Shown here: piece after piece, positions 37,528 to 44,180 of the stretch
Numbering within the stretch: the first letter of the stretch is position 1
Layout: every line of letters starts with the position of its first letter
From: Candidatus Parcubacteria bacterium
GTDB taxonomy: Bacteria; Patescibacteriota; Minisyncoccia; JAHIHE01; JAGLIN01
Direction: 5' to 3'
Assembly: GCA_023140775.1 (NCBI GenBank)
Contig: JAGLLA010000011.1
Coordinates: 1-44,180, forward strand
DNA: 44,180 nucleotides
The notes under the pieces: model-generated
Databases searched by the model: none
What the model was told of the DNA's origin: nothing
The model's input: only the letters and a program-made list of their open reading frames with translations
Made by a program: the position numbers and the translations under genes

Positions 37528-37556
37528 TTGACTTACCGAGTTAAAAGTTGTATTCT
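37528..37556 (+). promoter_or_regulatory. lepB operon promoter
   Basis: TTGACT-N17-TATTCT. Confidence 0.6.
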
Positions 37557-37588
37557 TAAGTAAATTAAATGATAAATAAAATATAATA

Positions 37589-38191
37589 ATGACTGATAGT
37601 AATATAGACTCAAATGGTAAACGATCTGAGTTAGATTTTTTATCTGAAGTAAAAAGTTTTTCATTCGAAACAATTAAAATTGTGATTATAAGTTTAATTG
37701 TTATAATTGGAATTAGGTCTTTTGTAATGCAACCATTTTTTGTGAGTGGGCAAAGTATGGAGCCTAATTTTCATGATGGAGACTATCTAATCGTGGACGA
37801 ACTAAGTTATAAGTTTGGAGATCCGAGTCGTGGAGATATAATTATTTTTCATTATCCAAATGATGTAAGACTATTTTATATAAAAAGGATAATTGGTCTT
37901 CCGGGTGAAAAAATCGAGATCACGAACAATATTATAACGATATTTAATTCTGAAAATCCGGAGGGTATGAAGCTTGATGAAGATCTTTACATACCATCTG
38001 ACAAAATTATTTTACGAGATTATGTTAAGGAGTTGAAAAATGATGAATATTATGTTTTAGGAGATAATCGGGTAGCAAGCGCAGATTCTCGAGTTTGGGG
38101 AGTGTTGAAGAAGAATTTTATAGTTGGACGCGCTTGGATACGAGCTTGGCCATTTGACAGTATTTCGGTTTTTGAAAAAATCGAATATTAG
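37589..38191 (+). CDS. lepB: Signal peptidase I
   Basis: SGQSMEP, IKRIIGLPGE, GDNR..S.DSR.WG. Confidence 0.96.
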   Translation: MTDSNIDSNGKRSELDFLSEVKSFSFETIKIVIISLIVIIGIRSFVMQPFFVSGQSMEPNFHDGDYLIVDELSYKFGDPSRGDIIIFHYPNDVRLFYIKRIIGLPGEKIEITNNIITIFNSENPEGMKLDEDLYIPSDKIILRDYVKELKNDEYYVLGDNRVASADSRVWGVLKKNFIVGRAWIRAWPFDSISVFEKIEY

Positions 38192-38230
38192 AGCGGTGCT
38201 GTCGTTATCATAAAAAATAACAATAAAATA

Positions 38231-38770
38231 ATGAAAATAGTTGCAATTAGTGGCAGTCCAAGAAAAGGGAATACCGAATTTATGTTAAAAAGAATTTTAA
38301 CTCAGGCAGAAAAAAGTGAAGTTAGTACTGCGTTGATTTTACTTCGGAATAAGAGAATTGAGTTTTGCGATGGTTGCCTGTCTTGTGATTCTTCTTTTAT
38401 CTGCAGAAAAAGAGATGATATGCAAATGATATATTCAAAACTAGAAGATGCAGACCTTATTATTTTGGGAAGTCCGACATATTTTGATAATGTGACTGGA
38501 ATGATGAAAAACTTTATTGACAGACTGAATATATATAATGTAAATAAAAAACTAAAAGGTAAAAAAATTATTATTGTTAATGTCGGTCAAGATGTTTCAG
38601 TTATTAGTAATAAAGTCGTAAAATATTTTGAATTATTATCTGAATGTCTTGAAAGTGTTGTGATAGGAGACTTAAGCTTAATTGCGAAAGAAGATCAAGA
38701 TATCGAAAACGATCCTGAACGGATAATGAAGATCGATGAGTTTGTCAAGAGCATATTAGGTCAAAATTAA
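38231..38770 (+). CDS. Flavodoxin-fold iron-sulfur flavoprotein / NADPH-dependent FMN reductase family
   Basis: SGSPRKGNT, CX2CX2CX5C, SPTYF, KNFIDR. Confidence 0.88.
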   Translation: MKIVAISGSPRKGNTEFMLKRILTQAEKSEVSTALILLRNKRIEFCDGCLSCDSSFICRKRDDMQMIYSKLEDADLIILGSPTYFDNVTGMMKNFIDRLNIYNVNKKLKGKKIIIVNVGQDVSVISNKVVKYFELLSECLESVVIGDLSLIAKEDQDIENDPERIMKIDEFVKSILGQN

Positions 38771-38792
38771 TTATTAATTTATAATAAAAGTT

Positions 38793-40118
38793 ATGCCAAG
38801 AGTAAAAAAGGAGATTCAAGAAGTAAAAAAAAGAAGAAGAAAAAAAATGACTTCAGTTCAAACGGTAAAAGGAATGAAAGACATCTTGCCCCCCGAACAA
38901 CTTCTTTGGGATCATGTCTTGGAAAATGGTAGAAAATTATGTAAAAACTTCGGTTTTGGAAAGATTGAAACTCCTATCCTGGAAAGAACTGAACTGTTTC
39001 AAAGAGGAGTTGGAGACAATACTGATATAGTCGAAAAAGAAATGTTCTCGTTTGAAACTCAGGGAAAAGATACGGTTTCTTTGAGGCCTGAAGGTACGGC
39101 GGGGTTAGTCAGAGCATATATTGAAAATGGAATGAGCAGGTGGTCGCAGCCCGTAAAACTATATTATGAAGGTCAAATGTTTCGATATGAAAAACCACAG
39201 GCGGGAAGATATAGGCAATTTCATCAGTTTGGATTTGAAATATTTGGAGATGAGAGTGCGGCAATAGATGCTCAGGTAATATATTTAGCCTGGAAGATCT
39301 TTCAAAAAATTGGAATCAAAGATATAAGTATCCAGATCAATAGTATCGGTTGTACGGAATGTAGGTCAAGTTACAAGAAATTACTTCAAGACTATTATGA
39401 AATGAAAATAAATAAATTGTGTATGGATTGCAAAAGAAGGCTTAACACTAATCCGCTGCGACTTTTGGACTGTAAGGAAGAAAAATGCATGCAGGTTGCA
39501 ACATCTGCTCCGCAAATAATTGATCATTTATGTGTAACTTGTCATGATCATTTTAAAAACGTTTTAGAATTTTTAGATGAGATCGAGATAACTTATGTGC
39601 TAAATTCAAGACTAGTAAGGGGATTGGATTATTATTCAAAAACGGTTTTTGAAGTATGGGAAAATAATTCTGAGGGTCAGCAGTCTTCTCTTGGCGGCGG
39701 TGGAAGATATGATGGTTTGGTGGAAATGCTGGGAGGAGATGAAACTCCTGCAGTTGGATTTTCGTTTGGTGTCGAGAGAACAATAGAGAGCTTGCTTGGA
39801 AAAGGAATTCAACTAAATCATAATATTAAGAAAGAAGTTTTTCTTGTCCAATTAGGAGATAAGGCAAGAAAAAAAATATTAAGACTTTTTGATAAGTTGA
39901 TAGACGCTAATATTGTAGCCGGTGAATCTTTGGGTAGAGATAGTATTAAATCTCAATTAAGAATGGCAAATAAGTTCAATTCGAAACTCGCCTTGATCAT
40001 TGGTCAGAAAGAGGCATTAGACGGCACAGTTATTATTAGGGATATGGAAAGTGGAATGCAAGAAGTTGTTGTCATGGATAACGTTGTTGAAGAAGTGAAA
40101 AAAAGATTAAAGAAATAA
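38793..40118 (+). CDS. hisS: Histidine--tRNA ligase
   Basis: LRPEGTA, FRYEKPQAGRYRQFHQ, LVRGLDYY, GGGRYDGL. Confidence 0.98.
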   Translation: MPRVKKEIQEVKKRRRKKMTSVQTVKGMKDILPPEQLLWDHVLENGRKLCKNFGFGKIETPILERTELFQRGVGDNTDIVEKEMFSFETQGKDTVSLRPEGTAGLVRAYIENGMSRWSQPVKLYYEGQMFRYEKPQAGRYRQFHQFGFEIFGDESAAIDAQVIYLAWKIFQKIGIKDISIQINSIGCTECRSSYKKLLQDYYEMKINKLCMDCKRRLNTNPLRLLDCKEEKCMQVATSAPQIIDHLCVTCHDHFKNVLEFLDEIEITYVLNSRLVRGLDYYSKTVFEVWENNSEGQQSSLGGGGRYDGLVEMLGGDETPAVGFSFGVERTIESLLGKGIQLNHNIKKEVFLVQLGDKARKKILRLFDKLIDANIVAGESLGRDSIKSQLRMANKFNSKLALIIGQKEALDGTVIIRDMESGMQEVVVMDNVVEEVKKRLKK

Positions 40119-40133
40119 AGTAAGTAAATAATT

Positions 40134-40463
40134 ATGGCTTGCGTCTTTTGTAAAATTATAAATAAGGAGATTTCAACTGATATTATTTTTGAAAATGATA
40201 ATGTTGTTGCGTTCAATGATATAAATCCAATTGCACCAGTTCATGTTCTTGTGATACCGAAAAGACACATAGGCTCTGTTATCGATATTGAAAATGAAGA
40301 TGTAAATTTGATGGGTGAGTTGATCTTTGTGGCCAAGAAAATTGCCGATAATCTTAACATTTCACAAAAGGGATACAAGCTTCTTCTCAGAGTTGGAAAG
40401 GATGGAGGACAGGAGATTCAGCATATTCATTTGCATCTGATAGGCGGGAAAAAGCTTGATTAA
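40134..40463 (+). CDS. HIT family nucleotide-binding protein
   Basis: CVFCKI, DINP.APVH.LVIPK.H, HIHLH triad. Confidence 0.95.
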   Translation: MACVFCKIINKEISTDIIFENDNVVAFNDINPIAPVHVLVIPKRHIGSVIDIENEDVNLMGELIFVAKKIADNLNISQKGYKLLLRVGKDGGQEIQHIHLHLIGGKKLD

Positions 40464-40597
40464 GTTACAATAGTCAGTGTTATATCTGGATATGCATTTT
40501 AGTTAGATTTCCTTGCTAAATTATTTTTTTGTGTTATACTGATTTTGGATGGTTTTTAGAATTAATTAAAATAAATAGAAAGTGAGAGTGATAAAAG

Positions 40598-40843
40598 ATG
40601 ATAGAAGTTAAGAAAAAAGACAATGAAAGTATTGGAAGTCTTTTAAGGAGATTTTCGAAAAAAGTTCAACAAAGTGGTCTTCTCATACAAGCAAGAAGTT
40701 CAAGATTTAAAGATAAGAATCAAAGCAGGTCAGAAAGAAGAAAGAGCGCCTTACGAAGAAATGAAATCGTTACTGAAAAGGAAAAGTTACGAAAACTGGG
40801 TAAGCTGGAAGATGATTATCGTACAAATTATCGTACAAATTAA
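40598..40843 (+). CDS. rpsU: 30S ribosomal protein S21
   Basis: V.KK.NES..SLLRRF.KKV..SG; precedes yqeY-like gene. Confidence 0.85.
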   Translation: MIEVKKKDNESIGSLLRRFSKKVQQSGLLIQARSSRFKDKNQSRSERRKSALRRNEIVTEKEKLRKLGKLEDDYRTNYRTN

Positions 40844-40860
40844 TTTTGTTTAATATCGTA

Positions 40861-41310
40861 ATGATGGATCTAAAAGAAAAGATTAGCGTTGACCTTAAAA
40901 ACTCTATGAAAAGCGGAGATGCCAAGATTCGTCAGGTTTTGAGAATGTTAAATTCTGATATCAAAAATTTTGAAATTGATAAAAAGACAGAGGCAACTGA
41001 TGATGAAATTCTGGGGATCATCAAAAAGAATGTCAAAAGTAGAAAAGATTCAATTGAGCAATACACAAAGGGAAATCGCCAAGATTTAGCAGAAAAGGAA
41101 AATGAGGAACTATTGATTTTGGAGAAATATATGCCAGTGCAAATGACCGAAGATGAAATTCGCAAAATCGTTCAAACTGTTATACAAAAACTTGAAGAAA
41201 TAAATCCTTCAGATTTTGGAAAAATAATCGGGATGTCTGTGAAAGAAACAAAAGGAATGGCTGATGGGAATATTGTGAGTAGGATCGTGAAAGAAGAATT
41301 GAATAAATAA
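40861..41310 (+). CDS. GatB/YqeY domain protein (start revised to ATG 40861)
   Basis: DLK.SMK, K.RKDSIEQY..GNR.DLA..E..E...L..YMP, G.ADG. Confidence 0.92.
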   Translation: MMDLKEKISVDLKNSMKSGDAKIRQVLRMLNSDIKNFEIDKKTEATDDEILGIIKKNVKSRKDSIEQYTKGNRQDLAEKENEELLILEKYMPVQMTEDEIRKIVQTVIQKLEEINPSDFGKIIGMSVKETKGMADGNIVSRIVKEELNK

Positions 41311-41332
41311 TTTTTCTCTGGTTATTTTAGTT

Positions 41333-41363
41333 ACACAAGAGCGTATTACATACGCTCTTGTGT
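41333..41363 (+). terminator. Hairpin/terminator after yqeY-like gene
   Basis: Perfect 13-bp stem ACACAAGAGCGTA / TACGCTCTTGTGT. Confidence 0.7.
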
Positions 41364-41435
41364 TGTATATATTAATTTATATCCAATATATGTTTAATGC
41401 TGTTTAAAATGTATTATTAATTTAACAATAAAATA

Positions 41436-41557
41436 ATGAGTTGGTTCATATTTGCAATGGGTCGTCGAATTATATTTTAAAAAAATAACTTAACAATAAA
41501 AAAACTAGTGGATTAGTTTTAATTATTTTAGGTATAATAATTTTATCAAGAAATTAA
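41436..41557 (+). pseudogene. Collapsed EamA/DMT transporter relic (N- and C-termini only)
   Basis: MSWFIFA start joined to LTIKKTSGLVLIILGIIILSRN* end. Confidence 0.5.
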
Positions 41558-41574
41558 ATTTTATCTTGAATTAT

Positions 41575-42036
41575 ATGATTTTACAAATAAAAAATTTCAC
41601 AAAGCAGAAAATTAACAAAAAATATTTGGATCAAATTGCGAATGAAACATTGAAAATTATCAAGATGAGAAAACCAGTTGAAATTAGTTTGGTGATCACG
41701 GGAGAAAAGAGGATTAGGTCTTTGAACAAAAAATACAGAGGCATAGACAAGGTTACCGATGTTTTGTCATTTGGAAATGAAGAGCCTGATGATACTGAGA
41801 GATTTATAATTCCGCCTGATGATGTTTTGCATTTTGGTGAAATTTTTATATGCTATCCTAAAATTGAAAAACAGGCAAAAAAGAAAAAACATTCGATAAA
41901 AGAAGAGTTTTCAATTTTATTGATTCATGGTATATTACATTTAGCAGGATTGGATCACATGGAAAGTTATGAAAATTCAGAAATGAAAAATATTGAGAAT
42001 AAAGTTTTGAGCGAGAGACGCGACGCCAGATTTTAA
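41575..42036 (+). CDS. ybeY: rRNA maturation endoribonuclease YbeY (start revised to ATG 41575)
   Basis: LN..YRG.DK.TDVLSF, HGILHL.G.DH. Confidence 0.95.
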   Translation: MILQIKNFTKQKINKKYLDQIANETLKIIKMRKPVEISLVITGEKRIRSLNKKYRGIDKVTDVLSFGNEEPDDTERFIIPPDDVLHFGEIFICYPKIEKQAKKKKHSIKEEFSILLIHGILHLAGLDHMESYENSEMKNIENKVLSERRDARF

Positions 42037-42053
42037 ATTTTGATATAATTGTA

Positions 42054-42428
42054 ATGTTTTATCTTAAAAGATTTGTAAAAAGTATTTCATATGCGCTTAA
42101 GGGTTTAAGGATCGCTTTTAAGGAGCAAAACTTCAAAATTCATATATTGTTTTCAATAATTGTCATTTTTTTTATAATAAGTTTTCAGTTAAGGTTGTGG
42201 GAATCAGTGGTTCTGGTCATAATGATCGTCTTAGTTCTAGTTCTTGAGATAATAAATTCGATCATTGAAAGAATCGTTGACATCCTTGAGCCGAGAGTTC
42301 ACCCTTATGCAAAAAATATCAAAGATATGATGGCTGCGGCAGTTTTGGTTGCATCGTTAGGCGCTATTGTAATTGGATGTCTGATTTTTTTACCCTATTT
42401 TTTTTCTTTTGTGCAGTATCTGAAATGA
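42054..42428 (+). CDS. dgkA: Diacylglycerol/undecaprenol kinase (DgkA family)
   Basis: A..G, EQNF.IH, E..NS.IE..VD, KD..AAAV. Confidence 0.92.
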   Translation: MFYLKRFVKSISYALKGLRIAFKEQNFKIHILFSIIVIFFIISFQLRLWESVVLVIMIVLVLVLEIINSIIERIVDILEPRVHPYAKNIKDMMAAAVLVASLGAIVIGCLIFLPYFFSFVQYLK

Positions 42429-42553
42429 GACCTTTTTTATTTTTCAAAAATGTATTATAATGAAAATATAGAAAAAAAATATTTACATATTATTTGTAAG
42501 GTGTATTTTTAATACATTTTATAATTTTAGTTTATTTCTTTTTATTAAAAATT

Positions 42554-43789
42554 ATGTCAAGAGGAGATATTTTAACTGGAATAGATATTGGAAGTAGCGC
42601 CATTAGAACCATTATTTCTCAAAAGCAAGAAGGAGATATCAAGCCATTAATTTTGGGAGTGGGAATAGCACCTTCTTATGGTATTAACAATGGAGTGATT
42701 GTTGACATTGAAGAAACAATCGTTGCTATAACAAAATCAAAAGAAGCGGCAGAAAGAACTGCTGGAATACCAATTGAGCATGCGTATATTAGCATAAACG
42801 GTAAACACACATCTTCTCAGTTTTCAAAAGGAGTTGTTGCTGTTTCACGAGCTGACGGTGAGGTTAGCGAAGAGGATGTCAATAGGGTGATAATGGCTTC
42901 TCAGGCCATATCAATGCCAAATAATAAGGATATTATTGCAGTTATTCCTTGTGGCTATACGATAGACGAACAAGAGAAAATCAAAGATCCTGTTGGAATG
43001 AATGGTGTCAGATTGGAAATCAACGCTCTAATAATTGAAGGCATGGCTCCTTATATAAAAAATTTATATAAGTGCGTTCAGCGATGTGGAATTGATATAG
43101 ATGATTTAGTTTTTGCTCCTCTTGCCGCTGCAAAAGCCGTTTTGTCAAAAAGGCAAAAAGAATTAGGTGTAGTGGAAATTGATATCGGAAAATCATCTAC
43201 GGGAGTTTCTGTTTTTGAAGATGGGGGTATTATCCATTCAGTTGTTGTACCGATCGGAGCTGGTCATATTACAAATGATATAGCCATTGGACTTCGTACT
43301 TCTATTGATATAGCTGAAAAAATAAAGATTGAATATGGAACAACGCTTGTGAAGGAAGTGAACAAAAAAGATCGAATAGATCTATCAAAAATTAGTAAAG
43401 ATGAAGAAGGAATATTTACAAGGAAATATATTGCAGAAATTGTTGAAGCAAGAATGGAAGAGATCTTCACGATGGTCGATAAGGAGCTAAAGAAGGCTGA
43501 CCGAAGTGCTATGTTGCCAGCTGGTGCTGTGATAACTGGAGGAGGGGCAAAGATGACAGGAGCTATACAAATCGCTAAAGAAGTATTGAGATTACCTGCT
43601 CAAATCGGATTTCCAATGGAACTTAATGGTATAGTTGATAGGGTTGATGATCCTTCTTTTGTAACTTCTGTAGGACTTATTGCCTGGGAGCCTGAAGACG
43701 TCTCAAGGCGTAGTGGTGGACATTTATTGCCTGATTTTAATAAAATTATGCAAAAAACAAGAAAAATTTTTAAGACTTTTTTGCCATAA
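42554..43789 (+). CDS. ftsA: Cell division protein FtsA
   Basis: GIDIGSS, P.GM.GVRLE, DIG, GAGHITNDIA..L.T...AE.IK, TGGG. Confidence 0.97.
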   Translation: MSRGDILTGIDIGSSAIRTIISQKQEGDIKPLILGVGIAPSYGINNGVIVDIEETIVAITKSKEAAERTAGIPIEHAYISINGKHTSSQFSKGVVAVSRADGEVSEEDVNRVIMASQAISMPNNKDIIAVIPCGYTIDEQEKIKDPVGMNGVRLEINALIIEGMAPYIKNLYKCVQRCGIDIDDLVFAPLAAAKAVLSKRQKELGVVEIDIGKSSTGVSVFEDGGIIHSVVVPIGAGHITNDIAIGLRTSIDIAEKIKIEYGTTLVKEVNKKDRIDLSKISKDEEGIFTRKYIAEIVEARMEEIFTMVDKELKKADRSAMLPAGAVITGGGAKMTGAIQIAKEVLRLPAQIGFPMELNGIVDRVDDPSFVTSVGLIAWEPEDVSRRSGGHLLPDFNKIMQKTRKIFKTFLP

Positions 43790-43936
43790 AATTTGAATCA
43801 GAAATAAAGAATAATTAAGTATATGAGTGATTAAATTACAAACTTTATTGATTTTGGTTTAGGATTAATATGTATTATTGCTACATTTCTTGTTATTTTA
43901 TAGTGGTATAAAATTTATTTTAGCAAGAGGAGGTTA

Positions 43937-44052
43937 ATGATAGGAAAAAGAGATTTGGAAAAATGTTTATATATGGGTGTGTAGTGTTGATTATTCTTAG
44001 TGTAATTTATGCTATATTAATTTCAGTACCAGTTGCTTCTCCTTTGTTATAA
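43937..44052 (+). other. Possible small single-TM peptide gene (frameshifted, or starting at ATG 43963)
   Basis: AGGAGG before ATG 43937; hydrophobic ORF 43963..44052 MFIYGCVVLIILSVIYAILISVPVASPLL. Confidence 0.4.
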
Positions 44053-44180
44053 GAGTATAATTTTTCAAAAAACGATTATTTTAAACTAATTAATCGAGTT
44101 ATTGATTTGTAGTTCTTATTATATTCCTAATCGGCTTGCCTAAATTTTTGAAAAAGGGTAAAATAAAATTATAGAAATAA

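Noticed and set aside
39350-39545. Cys clusters in HisS
   Set aside because: Common in the insertion domain of many bacterial HisRS
40815-40842. 12-bp tandem duplication at the rpsU 3' end (YRTNYRTN)
   Set aside because: Simple slippage in a variable tail
1621-43470. Many 60-150 aa antisense or overlapping ORFs in the track (e.g. 1621, 3962, 5378, 14870, 15270, 36024, 43264)
   Set aside because: Shadow frames of well-supported genes, with no motifs

Overview
AT-rich bacterial window in genetic code 11, almost entirely + strand. Gene content (cohesin/dockerin and WxL/DUF916-type surface genes, DUF2341-LamG protein, archaeal-type UMP kinase, presenilin-like protease, CvpA-CAP fusion) suggests Patescibacteria/Parcubacteria (inference). 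In order: (1) five-gene surface locus at 197-6917: putative major subunit, membrane-anchored DUF916/PapD-like protein, dockerin protein, two membrane-anchored cohesin proteins; (2) alpha-glucan/glycogen operon (GT4, GH57, DUF5752-like, lone receiver, GalT-like with an in-frame TAA, GH133) followed by porA, an R15P-isomerase-like gene, pyrH and an EamA transporter; (3) a 4.3-kb DUF2341/LamG cassette bracketed by a duplicated tsaC promoter and start; (4) housekeeping and membrane genes from tsaC to ftsA. Best candidates for something undescribed: (a) a possible usher-less donor-strand pilus anchored by dockerin-cohesin binding, and (b) three related minus-strand transcription units lacking any convincing ORF (about 26842-27208, 34802-34923, 35010-35323), each with a TTGACA-N17 extended -10 promoter, internal hairpins and related terminators. 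Also present: a dense cluster of REP-like palindromes including a nested one, and several gene relics. No rRNA, tRNA, CRISPR array, transposase, integrase or reverse transcriptase was recognised. All domain calls are by-eye motif recognition, not database searches.
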